Shown here: in pieces, positions 48,473-58,199 of the stretch | Numbering within the stretch: position 1 is the stretch's first letter | How the letters are laid out: the number at the start of each line of letters is the position of its first letter | Origin: Ferruginibacter sp. | GTDB taxonomy: Bacteria > Bacteroidota > Bacteroidia > Chitinophagales > Chitinophagaceae | Direction of reading: 5' to 3' | Assembly: GCA_025963635.1 (NCBI GenBank) | Contig: JAOQAK010000060.1 | Location: 23,575-87,574 of the forward strand | DNA length: 64,000 nt | The notes under the pieces: model-generated | The model's database searches: none | Told to the model about the DNA's origin: nothing | The model's input: only the letters and a program-made list of their open reading frames with translations | Translations under genes and position numbers: made by a program

Positions 48473-48597
48473 TGGTAACCGATTGATGGTTTACTTGAAC
48501 GAGGCCGGTTAATATTAGCTGTGTACACCCAACTGGTGACATTAGATATTCAGCGATTCAGTTTTTGGTCACAAATCTATCATTTTCGGCGGACAGT

Positions 48598-48909
48598 CTA
48601 TTGTTTTAAACGTTGTGCTTTCTTTCTTTCCCTTTGCAGTTGCGCTTTGATGACGGATAAATCACTGCGACCGAGTTCCTCATCGCTTAGCATGGAAATG
48701 AACTCATACAGATCCAGTTTGTAAAACTCGCAGATCCTTAGCGCCATAAGAAAGCTCAATTCACGGTGACCGCGTTCTGTTTTGAGGTAAGTTGTATAAG
48801 AGGTGTGTAAGGCTTCTGACAACGCTTTGCTATCCGGCTGGTAAATTTGCCGTAGCCGGGCCAGTAATTGCCCGATAGAAAGTGCCTGGTCCGAAAGTGG
48901 TTGCTGCAT
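48598..48909 (-). CDS. XRE-family helix-turn-helix protein
   Basis: IGQLLARLRQ...LSEALHTSYTTYLKTERGHRELSFLMALRICEFYKLDL. Confidence 0.75.
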   Translation of the reverse strand: MQQPLSDQALSIGQLLARLRQIYQPDSKALSEALHTSYTTYLKTERGHRELSFLMALRICEFYKLDLYEFISMLSDEELGRSDLSVIKAQLQRERKKAQRLKQ

Positions 48910-49041
48910 AAACTAAAAAGTCATTGATACCCAAAGATCGTATTTTCATATATGCCGTTGAAACGAAATATCCCGGAAGTCAACAGCAGTTGGCCGTCAT
49001 CCTGAAGTTGAGCCGTGTATAATATAATCGCCACGAATTGG

Positions 49042-50097
49042 TCATCCGGGCTGTATTAAGGGAACGGCCACGGAAAACTCTTTTCCATCATCCTGCACGG
49101 CAATTTCATCCTCTTTCATCAACTCGTATTTTTTGGCGATATTATTAAGGCCTATTTTATTGGAGATTACATTACGGCCCTTTCGCTGCAGGTTGTTACT
49201 AACGATCAGCTTGCCGCTATTGGTAGTCATTATTAAAATTTGCAAAGGGCTATCTTTTAAGATCATATTGTGCTTAACGGCATTTTCTACCAGCATTTGT
49301 AAGGTTAGCGGCGGCAACAGGTAACTAAGGTAATGTTCATTGATCCTGACTTCCATTTCCAGTCCATCGCCGTACCTTGTTTTCAGCATGTGAAAATAAG
49401 ATTGAATAAACTGCATTTCCGTATCCAGCGTAGCCAGTCCTTCTTCGTTATTGCGGAGCAGGTAACGGTATACTTTACTCATTTCATCCAAAAATTTTTC
49501 CGCTTTTTCAGGTTCATCTGCAATCAGCGACGACAATGAATTGAGACTATTGAACAAGAAGTGGGGATTCACCTGGCCTTTTAATCCTTCCAGCTGGCTC
49601 TGCAGGTTTTCCTTTTTGAGGTTTTCGGCTTCATCCACCATCACCCGCCACTTTTCATAAAAAGAAGCGCCTTCATTAAGACTTGTGGCAAGTACATTGC
49701 AGGCCACCCCTACTAGTAATACTTTGATGTAAGTGTTCCAATTAATTTCGTATCCCAGAAAACCGATATAATCATATCCCAGGAAAATAATCGTCACCGC
49801 GGCGATCATGATAATGATATACGCAAGTAAACTGATGCCGATCCTTTTGAAAGTTTGATGGTATTTGGGAAACCTGTTCAACAAAACAGCTGCTACCATG
49901 CCGCAGGAAATATATACCAACACCAGTACGGATAAGGTAAGCAGCGTAGCGAGTATGAAAGTGCGGGTATCAAGAAAGTATTGCTTCCCAAATAAAAGAT
50001 AGTTTAGCAATAAAGCAATCGGAGGCATAATGATCACCATTATCAGCAACTCTTTGGTGGAGTAAGTTAATGGTTTTACTAGTTTTAAAATGCGCAT
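49042..50097 (-). CDS. LytS/YehU-type sensor histidine kinase
   Basis: Four N-terminal TMs, LKGQVNPHFLFNSLNSL, PPLTLQMLVENAVKHN, KIGLNNI. Confidence 0.95.
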   Translation of the reverse strand: MRILKLVKPLTYSTKELLIMVIIMPPIALLLNYLLFGKQYFLDTRTFILATLLTLSVLVLVYISCGMVAAVLLNRFPKYHQTFKRIGISLLAYIIIMIAAVTIIFLGYDYIGFLGYEINWNTYIKVLLVGVACNVLATSLNEGASFYEKWRVMVDEAENLKKENLQSQLEGLKGQVNPHFLFNSLNSLSSLIADEPEKAEKFLDEMSKVYRYLLRNNEEGLATLDTEMQFIQSYFHMLKTRYGDGLEMEVRINEHYLSYLLPPLTLQMLVENAVKHNMILKDSPLQILIMTTNSGKLIVSNNLQRKGRNVISNKIGLNNIAKKYELMKEDEIAVQDDGKEFSVAVPLIQPG

Positions 50098-50113
50098 CCG
50101 GTAGCCTTTACAC

Positions 50114-50204
50114 TCAAATTATTGATACTCCCTAAGCCAAATAATGGAGCCTGCATGAACTGTGTTAAATATGTATGAATTGTCGTTTTATGCGAATGAA
50201 TTGT
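50114..50204 (-). promoter_or_regulatory. Promoter of the kinase with three LytTR direct repeats
   Basis: -7-like TAATTTGA (50114-50121) and boxes atgaactgt (50155), atgaattgt (50175) and atgaattgt (50196). Confidence 0.75.
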
Positions 50205-50381
50205 AAGTCGGCATTTTGTGTATCGAACTATTATTTGGTAGGACAATGGTGATTCATATTTCCTCCATGAAAATGTTGAAGATTGTTATTGAGCATCTTC
50301 TTAAAGGAAGGTTAAAAACCGAAGATTTTCCTGATCTTCTTTGCCCCTTTGCACCTTTGCGTGAAAACACCGGATAAGCAC

Positions 50382-50519
50382 TCACCGGTAGTTATAAAAC
50401 AAACTGTAATTACCGCATGCATTTCGTATTTGCGTCTTCTTATAAAAGCTAAAGAATGCCATGAGTACACAAAATGTAACAAAGAGAACGATCTGCACTT
50501 TTTTGTTCATCAGTGACAT
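50382..50519 (-). CDS. Unannotated 45-aa single-TM peptide
   Basis: MSLMNKKVQIVLFVTFCVLMAFFSFYKKTQIRNACGNYSLFYNYR*, lying directly below a LytTR-box promoter. Confidence 0.5.
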   Translation of the reverse strand: MSLMNKKVQIVLFVTFCVLMAFFSFYKKTQIRNACGNYSLFYNYR

Positions 50520-50545
50520 ATTTTAAGAGACGCTTACACCATAGT

Positions 50546-50617
50546 CAAAGATAAATTCTGCAGTACCAGGATAAAAGGGCCGCCTGTGCGAACTGCGGGA
50601 AAAGCTACATGAATTGT
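50546..50617 (-). promoter_or_regulatory. Promoter with a LytTR repeat pair
   Basis: TATCTTTG on the minus strand (50546-50553) and boxes gcgaactgc (50588) and atgaattgt (50609). Confidence 0.7.
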
Positions 50618-50909
50618 GTAGAATAACTAACCATTCAAAAAAGCCATCAAGCAATCTCTTTAGTAAAACACCAACCCGCATTGCACTAGTGTTATGTCAA
50701 GCGTGAATTGTCTGTGAACAATCACCCAATAATAACGGTTTACCGATGACAATTCAAGGAGTAAAGCGTCACTTTAACTTGACATACACCTGGCATTAAA
50801 AAACTTACTTATGAACCATAAACAGCTCCCACCACCAAACTTAAAAAGCCAATGATATTTACAACTTGTCTTTTTGCAAACACAGATATCCACCGCTCCT
50901 AATATGAAG

Positions 50910-50966
50910 GGCTGCAAACCTTTAATAAAAGCGGGATACCATGGTAGCCCACAAGGTTTGCAACCC
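50910..50966 (-). terminator. Stem-loop after the OmpA operon
   Basis: gggctgcaaacct...aggtttgcaaccc inverted repeat, about 25 bp downstream of the 50992 stop. Confidence 0.45.
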
Positions 50967-50991
50967 TAAGTTGTAAGCATTTATCGTTGTT

Positions 50992-51618
50992 TTATTTATT
51001 GAGAATGTGAAATTTTGAAACCCATGAGGGGTCTATGGTGGAGGGCTGATTGATATCTGCCCCGGGATGTGCATCCAGATCCACCATTAATAAGTAGGTA
51101 TTTTCCGGGTCATCCTTAAGATTCGTTTGCTCCCACAGGTATGTGTTGGAATGCTGATCTCTTAATTCATTTTCAGGAATGGCTCTTGTTGAAATGGAAC
51201 CATTTCTAACGATCCGGTACACTCCCTTTTCTGCCCTGGTGGTGAATATTGGTTGGCCTTTTGCGTCCTTCGAGAAAATGACAGATCCGTTTACCTGCGT
51301 CCAGGTTTCAGTATCAGTTCCGTAGCTATTGGCCTGGATATACAATAGAAATTCAAACCGGTTGTCGGGTAAAAATTTAAACTTTACAATCATACCGCCG
51401 CCACTTCTGTAGGTGTTGTAATTGCTTCCCGGTGTTGTGTTTACATACCTGATGGTTGAAACCGTGGAGATCGTCCAATAAACATCGGTGGCTGTTAGTA
51501 ACGCCGGCGGAACCTCAGTAGCAGCAACGTTCATCATGATATTTTTTAAAGACCCCGTTGATTGGCCCTGAGAATAAAGGGCCAATCCAATGCTTAAAAT
51601 AAAGAATATCTTTTTCAT
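50992..51618 (-). CDS. Hypothetical secreted protein
   Basis: 208 aa with signal peptide MKKIFFILSIGLALYSQG and a beta-rich body. Confidence 0.75.
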   Translation of the reverse strand: MKKIFFILSIGLALYSQGQSTGSLKNIMMNVAATEVPPALLTATDVYWTISTVSTIRYVNTTPGSNYNTYRSGGGMIVKFKFLPDNRFEFLLYIQANSYGTDTETWTQVNGSVIFSKDAKGQPIFTTRAEKGVYRIVRNGSISTRAIPENELRDQHSNTYLWEQTNLKDDPENTYLLMVDLDAHPGADINQPSTIDPSWVSKFHILNK

Positions 51619-51642
51619 AAAAGTGATTTAATGATGGATGTT

Positions 51643-52038
51643 TTACAATAATTGTTCAGGTTTCGACAGCAGGTAACGGGTCATAAAAATGCCTACTCCG
51701 CCGCCGTCAGCAGGACTTAGCGTGAAAGAAGTTACCTGGTCTATTTTCCAGCCTTCATCGGTATACGATTTGAGGGCTTTCAGCACCTGTTCTTCATTTG
51801 ATTTAATGTTCTTAAAATTGATACCCACCATACTGAAAAGGTTTTCGAGATCAGATTCCTTCTGCGATCCATCCGGATTGGTGACGATCATTTTAGAGCG
51901 GCCCAGCCCGCCGCTTACAACGGATTCAATGGTGTTGATCTGCATAAATTTTTTATTACCGGCAGATTTATTTTCCTGCGCAAAGGCACTGCTACAAAAT
52001 GCTACTGCGATAAAAAGGGCTATATACATCTTCTTCAT
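51643..52038 (-). CDS. Hypothetical secreted protein
   Basis: 131 aa with a signal peptide, INTIESVVSGGLGRSKMI, LENLFSMVGINFKNI and GIFMTRYLLSK. Confidence 0.8.
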   Translation of the reverse strand: MKKMYIALFIAVAFCSSAFAQENKSAGNKKFMQINTIESVVSGGLGRSKMIVTNPDGSQKESDLENLFSMVGINFKNIKSNEEQVLKALKSYTDEGWKIDQVTSFTLSPADGGGVGIFMTRYLLSKPEQLL

Positions 52039-52128
52039 AATAACTGTTTTTTGATTGTTGTTTATATGTGTGTTTGAGTGTTGATTATATTATTTTTTGT
52101 TTATTGGCTAATTTGCCAATTGAATTCC

Positions 52129-53400
52129 CTATTGCTTAATAAACTCCACTCGCCGATTCTGCGCCTTTCCTTCTTTGGTTTTATTGTCGCCGGCCGGCAC
52201 AGTTTCTCCTTTACCATCAGTTTCGATCCTTGAGGCATCAATGGTGAAATCATTTACCAGCGCATCCTTTACAGCAGCAGCTCTTTTCTTTGACAATGCC
52301 AGGTTTGTAGCATCACTGCCATCGCTATCGGTATGGCCAATGATATTCACTTTAATATCCTTGTATTGCGTTAGAACACCCGCAATCTCCTTCAGTACGC
52401 CACCGGATTCGGGGCGAATGGTAGCTTCATTTACATCAAATAAAATAGCGGTGGTACTAAACTTGCCTTCTTCTACGAGTTTATGGCGTGTGTCCGGCAG
52501 TCCCTGTGCAATTTTGATATTGCTGATATACATTGCGTATTGGTCATCCTTATAATTGGTGTTGCCCACCTGGAACAATAACTGGTTCATCTTATAACCC
52601 AGGGCAACTCCTTTAGGTACATCAAAGGCCTTGGTTTCATTGACCCAGATACGGTATCTTTCCTTTTGCACCTGGATGGCGATATGCGCCGGCTTGTTAT
52701 AATATTTCTCGAGTGCTTCTATCGGCTTTGCATCACTGTTAAAATAAGATTTGTTGTCGTTGTAAGACTCGAGTTTGATCTTGCTGCTCTTGTATTCGCC
52801 TGGATACAAAGTTGAAATGATGGCAGCGTACTTTTTAAACCCTTTGAGGAAATCATTTCCTGTGGCGGGTTCACCATTGGTTCCAAAAATGCCGATCGAA
52901 AATGTAGGGTACATCCAGCCATTATTTTTCAGTTGCATGATCACATCAAATTCAACTGTGAAATTTTCGCCCAATTGTTTTTCATTACTCGTTAAATAAT
53001 TGAATGGCTGATGTAGCCGAAGCCATTTACCCGGAAAATTATCAAGGGTAACCACTTCTCCGGTTCCATTCGTGTTCCAACCTGTGGGTAGCTCGGCAAT
53101 GGCATCCTGCTCAAAATTGTCGTAGTAAACGACCTGTTCACCGGCAATAAAATCGTATTTAGAAAAGCTGGTAACGGTGGGCTCTTCTTTGGCCGGAGTA
53201 GCCTCGCCGCCGGTGGATGAATTGTCACCGGTTTCTTTACCTTCCGCTTTGTCAAGCGTTTCATCGATGGCTTTGTCGATCTTATTATCAACCCGCTGGT
53301 TTACCTTGTTTTTAACTTTATTAAATACTCCCCCGATTTGTGCGTTGGAAATAAAGGGAACGGCGGCGATAAAAGCAAGCAGTAAAAATTTTTGTTTCAT
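52129..53400 (-). CDS. OmpA family protein
   Basis: C-terminal OmpA-like domain: ILFDVNEATIRPES, IIGHTDSDG, NLALSKKRAAAVK, NRRVEF. Confidence 0.93.
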   Translation of the reverse strand: MKQKFLLLAFIAAVPFISNAQIGGVFNKVKNKVNQRVDNKIDKAIDETLDKAEGKETGDNSSTGGEATPAKEEPTVTSFSKYDFIAGEQVVYYDNFEQDAIAELPTGWNTNGTGEVVTLDNFPGKWLRLHQPFNYLTSNEKQLGENFTVEFDVIMQLKNNGWMYPTFSIGIFGTNGEPATGNDFLKGFKKYAAIISTLYPGEYKSSKIKLESYNDNKSYFNSDAKPIEALEKYYNKPAHIAIQVQKERYRIWVNETKAFDVPKGVALGYKMNQLLFQVGNTNYKDDQYAMYISNIKIAQGLPDTRHKLVEEGKFSTTAILFDVNEATIRPESGGVLKEIAGVLTQYKDIKVNIIGHTDSDGSDATNLALSKKRAAAVKDALVNDFTIDASRIETDGKGETVPAGDNKTKEGKAQNRRVEFIKQ

Positions 53401-53422
53401 AATAATTTTCGTTATTTGAAAA

Positions 53423-53494
53423 CAAAACTATTATCCGGAACATGATTTGTAAAAGACAAGCAGCATGAATTGAGGGAATATTGAGACCAATTGA
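53423..53494 (-). promoter_or_regulatory. Promoter of the OmpA operon with a LytTR repeat pair
   Basis: TAGTTTTG on the minus strand (53423-53430) and boxes atgaattga (53465) and accaattga (53486). Confidence 0.7.
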
Positions 53495-53521
53495 AATATC
53501 CTGTCAAGTTAAGGGTAACTT

Positions 53522-54260
53522 TTGAACGGCTTACCGAATATTATCAATCCATCTTTGATCTTTCAAAGGAAGATTTATGAATCAGACCCTTTCAGTTTTG
53601 CTGATTTTGAAAAAGATTATATCCATAATAATAATCTTTTCCGGCAAAGAAAATTAAAACCTGAAGTGCTTTCACAAAGTACAAATGAGTTCGACTACTC
53701 TCCCTTTTACAAAAAGTTTCCGATACTACTTGAAGAGTATAAAAAGCCCGGTACCATTTCAATCTCTTACCAGGCATTTATAAAAAAGGTTTTAGGAAAG
53801 GCCGTATCTGTACTGGCATAAATTATCATTGCAGCTATGTATCATTAAAAAAAAATCGTGGGGATGTCCGCTTTTCAGAAATAACTGTCTCTTATCTTAA
53901 TGAATATGAAAGTTGGTTAAAAAAAGCAAAGCATTTCTGAAACCACTGTGGGTATGTATCTCAGGCCGCTGCGTTCTATTTTCAATAATGCAATCGAAGA
54001 GGGTATTATAAGAGAACAGTGTTATCCCTTTGGAAGGCGTAGGTATTGCATACCAGCTTCGAAAAACACAAAGAAGGCACTTGACTTAAACGACCTTAAA
54101 AAGATATCCTATTATAAATGCGCACCAGAAATGGAAAGTGAAGAAAGAGCAAGGGAATATTGGTTGTTCAGTTATTTTGGAAAATGGGATGAATGCAAAA
54201 GATATTGCCTGCCTGAAGAACAAAAACATCAATGACAGCTATGTAATTGCTACGCATAGC
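53522..54260 (+). pseudogene. Tyrosine recombinase (phage-integrase SAM-like domain) remnant
   Basis: EITVSYLNEYESWL..ISETTVGMYLRPLRSIFNNAI..YPFGRRRYCIPASKNTKKAL..WLFSYFG(N)GMNAKDI. There are stops and frameshifts, and the catalytic C-terminus is missing. Confidence 0.85.
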
Positions 54261-54396
54261 TCTTTTCTGTTTTTGAACGTTCAAAAGAAACAACATGAAA
54301 GCGAATAAAAATGTGCCGACTTTAAATACACTGAAAATCTGGCAACCACTATTAGGTTTCACCTTTGGTCGGAAATAGGAACTACTGGTTATCTTT

Positions 54397-55135
54397 TTAA
54401 TACTTTACTTCATCAGCAAGTGTAAAACTGCTTTTTAGTTTTATATCATCTGATGCAGTACCTATCATCAATTCAAAAGTGCCGGGTTCAGCGATCCAAT
54501 CAAGCCCGCTATTGAAGAAGGATAAGGTTTCTTGTAATGATGAATTTTATTAGCCTGGTTTGCCGGTTTGGAGTGTAACTTTTTTAAAGTCTTTTAATCC
54601 TTAAACAGGGCGAACTACAGATGACACATTATCCCGGAGGTACAACTGTACTGTTTCTTCACCCTTATATTTACCCGTATTCCTGATTTTGAATTTAACA
54701 ATGATTGAGTCATTGCCGGCCATGGATATTTTGTTCAGTTGCAGATCGCTCAATTCGAACCTGGTGTAGCTAAGTCCATGGCCAAATGCATACCTGGGAC
54801 TATTTCTGCTGTCAATATATGCCGAAACATAGCCGGTTCTCCCTTCCTCTGTTAGCGGACGGCCGGTATTGGTATGCGCATAATAAATCGGCACCTGGCC
54901 AACAGAGCGAGGGAAACTCATGGGTAGCTTCCCGGAAGGATTATATTGTCCAAACAATACATCCGTTATGGCAGGAGCAGCTTCCTGACCCAGCCAAAAT
55001 GCAGATAAAATAGCCTGTGCACTATCAGCAATGTAGTTGAACACCATTGGGCGTCCAGACATCAATACCACTATTACGGGCTTGCCTGTTGCAGTCACTG
55101 CTTTAAAAAGCGCTTCCTGTACACCACATGTCGGG
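54397..55135 (-). pseudogene. GH3 beta-glucosidase, C-terminal remnant
   Basis: VIVVLMSGRP, GQEAAPAITDVLFGQYNPSGKLPMSFPRSVGQVP, YAFGHGLSYT, then a premature stop and frameshift before WIAEPGTFELMIG. Confidence 0.9.
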
Positions 55136-55149
55136 GAGGCTGCAGAATT

Positions 55150-55405
55150 ATAATCAGCCGGGCGCAGGTGCCGAAACCATTTTAACCAATATAAAATCAA
55201 CTCCTAATGGCGCTTACCCGGTTATGAACCGGGATGAGTCAGCATCAGGAAACCTTAATTTCCAGAATAATATATACAGCCAGGTATTCAGAAGCGGTTA
55301 CCTTCTTTCCCATGGCAGGGATTTTAAACTGGACGGCAGCCTGAAATTAAAAATGGATGACCTGGTGAAAGGGATGTGGGTAAAAGGCCTAGTAGCCTTT
55401 AAAAG
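55150..55405 (+). pseudogene. Internal fragment of a SusC/RagA TonB-dependent receptor
   Basis: STPNGAYPVMNRD...RSGY...LKMDDLVKGMWVKGLVAF resembles SusC barrel segments. It has no start or end. Confidence 0.55.
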
Positions 55406-55409
55406 CTAC

Positions 55410-55996
55410 AACCTCGAAGATATTGAAATAAGCATATCCCATTTATAATGCTTACCGCAAAAAATGCACTACAGGCCAGGAAGGACGGCATCGGTGGTGG
55501 TGCAGATCACTATTTCAGTAAACCTGTTAGTATGAAATTGCTGCAACTTACAATCCATAACTTGTTTGAACACCGGCAAAAAATAAAAGAACGCTATTCA
55601 CGCGATTATACGGTTGAAGTAAGAGAGCTGGTACACTCCACAAAAGATAAGGAGTTTATGAACAGCCTGCTTGCACTGATGAAACTTCAACTGGAAAATA
55701 CTGATCTCAATGTGGATTACATTTGCCAGCAAATCGGAATGAGCAAAACGAAACTGTATAAAAAAATCAGGGAGATTTCAGGGCAAACGATCAATGAATT
55801 TGTACGGGCTTTCCGCTTAAAAAAGGCAATGGAGATAATGACACATGAAGATATAACTGTTACCGAGGTAATGTATCGTATCGGTATCCAGTCGCATTCT
55901 TACTTTACAACCATTTTTAAAAAAGAATTCGGCAAAACTCCCTCACATTTCATGCAGGAGATGGAAGCAAATAGAAAGGCGAATGAGCGTAAATAG
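55410..55996 (+). pseudogene. C-terminal receiver-AraC fragment of a hybrid two-component regulator
   Basis: HIPFIMLTAK..GADHYFSKP..DKEFM..GMSKTKLYKKIREISGQTINEFVRAFRLKKA..SYFTTIFKKEFGKTP. The sensor and kinase parts are absent. Confidence 0.85.
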
Positions 55997-56196
55997 GCTC
56001 CGGCGCGCCGGCATTGCTGCCTTTTGATAAAATGAAAAATTGAGCATCTGGAGAAAATTGCTGTGATGGATGATAGCAACGAATTACAAGCGGCATCATA
56101 AATTGTATATCGCTGGTTTTTACATTTGTGGCAAGCGCCACATTTGGCCAGCGATAGGCACCCTAAATGCAGCGTAGGTAGGAAGGCAAGGTTTTA

Positions 56197-56358
56197 TAGA
56201 AACCAAATACCGGTAAAGCCATACTTAAGCGCAAAACAAGCAGCAAGAAGTTGAGTGCGTCATTGAAGCGGATGGATGAGTGGATAAAGGAGAATAGACA
56301 TGTTCCTATAAAAGAGTTAATATCGAAGTTGAATGAAAAGCTAGGGGGGCACTATGGT
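56197..56358 (+). pseudogene. Group II intron reverse transcriptase/maturase remnant (X/thumb domain)
   Basis: GKAILKRKTSSKKLSASLKRMDEWIKENRHVPIKELISKLNEKLGGHYG matches the maturase pattern RKTSxKK...WxKxNRH...LNxKLRGHYxYYG. Confidence 0.75.
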
Positions 56359-56418
56359 AATAATGATAGCATAAACGCCGTCAGTAAAAGCTTCCACCCT
56401 ATTTTTATTCATTGTAAT

Positions 56419-56989
56419 TTAATTGGGTTTACTAATACCCAGGTTCTCTTTATTATGCAATTCAGGATTTTGAACAAGGGTTGCTACAAACGCAGCAATA
56501 CTTTTTCTTGAAATGGCTGAACCTTTTTCCGGCGTGCCTTTTTGAGTAATTGCATAATCAACTTCATTAGCATTGGTAAACCACTCGGGGCGAAGAATAG
56601 TGTAATCCAATCCAGAATTTTCTATCACATCTGCTAACTTTCGGTAAGGAGTTAAAAACGATTTTAAGTTATATAAATACCAATTGAACTGATGGAATTA
56701 CTCTTTTCACGCCGGTCTCATGCATTGCTTTTACAATATTTCTGGTCATTGCTTCCAAGTTCCCTGCAAGATTGATATAGACAATATCCTGACCTTCTAT
56801 TGCATTTCTAAGCTTGACATAATCCATTATATCAGCTTCTACAACCGTGCAGTTGGTGGTAGTGTAATTTGCCATGTTCTTTCTGTTTCTTGCTAATAAA
56901 GTGAGGTGAACATCGGGCACATTTTGCAAGGTGTCAATTACATATTTTGCAAGGCTTCCGCTTGCACCGATTACTAAAACTCTTTTCAT
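56419..56989 (-). pseudogene. NAD(P)H-binding (NmrA/SDR-like) protein, frameshifted near 56670
   Basis: RVLVIGASGSLA GxxGxxA motif in one frame and IENSGLDYTILRPEWFT..ISRKSIAAFV in another. Confidence 0.85.
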
Positions 56990-57053
56990 ATTCTAAAATA
57001 AGCTGACGAGAATTATTGTTAATAGCGTATTCTTCGTCTAAAAAACAACCATT

Positions 57054-57302
57054 TCAAAACTCTTGTTTTTCCCGTTCTATGTGAATTGTGCATTCACCAA
57101 TCAATGCTGCCATTGCTCCAATCGCAGCTAATACAGGTGCAAATACCGCTCCCACTACGCCAATTGTCAATGGAAAGCTCACCAGTTCCTTGCCTGCCTT
57201 ATCAGTAACGGTAATCTTTCTTACATTACCTTCTTCAATAAGTTCCTTTACCTTTTTTACCAGGTTTTCTCCTTCTATCAAAAATGATTCTTTGATTGTC
57301 AT
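57054..57302 (-). CDS. DUF4342 domain-containing protein
   Basis: LVKKVKELIEEGNVRKITV...PLTIGVVGAVFAPVLAAIGAMAALIGECTIHIER. Confidence 0.88.
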   Translation of the reverse strand: MTIKESFLIEGENLVKKVKELIEEGNVRKITVTDKAGKELVSFPLTIGVVGAVFAPVLAAIGAMAALIGECTIHIEREKQEF

Positions 57303-57618
57303 CGGTTTTATATTTAGCGTTTAAGATGTGTAAACAAGATGTAAAGTAATAATTTTATAAAAGCAAACAGCAGCCGCGTTGGTGGCATGCTGGCAATACA
57401 GCCGGCACCCTTGTATCAATGGCCACTTCAAGTGCTGAAAACAACAGCCAGGATACCAGCAAACACAGCAATAGGAGCACAACTAAAATCGATATCATCA
57501 ATAAAGTTGCTTCATAAAAAAGCGTGGACAAATGACTCTTATCAATCATTTTATTGAGAGGGGTCAGTTAGTTTATAAACATACCGGCAGGTATGATGCG
57601 CAGTGTTGTTGTAGGTAT

Positions 57619-58092
57619 TCATTCAATACCGGGAGCGCTGATTTTATCAACCAGCTCCGTTAATAATGGCAGCTGGCCCTCCAGCAGTTTGGTTTTGGCT
57701 TCTTCAATACCGAACCATGCCACTTTATCAACTTCCGGAAATTCTTTCTTCTTACCGGATTTAGGCGGCCATTCCATTTCGAAAGTATTGCTTTTACATT
57801 CTGAAGTATCAATATCGGCTTTCAATGCCCATGCCAGTATCAACTTACCGGCTTTTTGTTTTACAGGCGTCAATTCGATAAACTGGCCGGTAATTTTTAG
57901 TCCTGTTTCTTCTTCAAATTCCCTTATCGCAGCAACCAATGGTTCCTCACCACCAGTAAATTCCCCTTTTGGAATTGACCATGCGCCCAGGTCTTTTTTA
58001 GCCCAGAACGGTCCGCCGGGGTGCACTAAAAACACTTCCGCTATATTTTTTCGGAAGCGGTATAAAAGGATTCCCGCACTTTGTTTTTGCAT
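57619..58092 (-). CDS. NUDIX hydrolase
   Basis: VFLVHPGGPFW, WSIPKGE, AAIREFEEETG Nudix box, FEMEWPPKSG, FPEVDK. Confidence 0.93.
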   Translation of the reverse strand: MQKQSAGILLYRFRKNIAEVFLVHPGGPFWAKKDLGAWSIPKGEFTGGEEPLVAAIREFEEETGLKITGQFIELTPVKQKAGKLILAWALKADIDTSECKSNTFEMEWPPKSGKKKEFPEVDKVAWFGIEEAKTKLLEGQLPLLTELVDKISAPGIE

Positions 58093-58199
58093 ATATGAAT
58101 TTTGGAGAGGTGCCTAAAGGAATATCAATTTCGTGCTGGTTGCATGGATGAGGCTTTTTGTTTAGAAAGTCGATCACTAATAGCTAGCCCCTCAAAACA

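Noticed and set aside
48360-48542. 60-aa minus-strand ORF
   Set aside because: It overlaps its own putative promoter and LytTR boxes. Only the last 11 codons would be transcribed from that promoter.
53522-54260. Integron integrase serving the attC-like array
   Set aside because: It resembles a Bacteroidetes transposon/phage integrase with a SAM-like domain, is broken, lacks the catalytic C-terminus and lies 20 kb away. No IntI features are visible.
56197-56358. DGR, retron or Abi reverse transcriptase system
   Set aside because: Only a short maturase-type fragment is present, with no RT core, no template/variable repeat pair and no msr-msd
57355-57549. 64-aa hydrophobic ORF as an intact gene
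   Set aside because: It looks like a truncated membrane-protein stump with a run-off tail, and no family could be assigned
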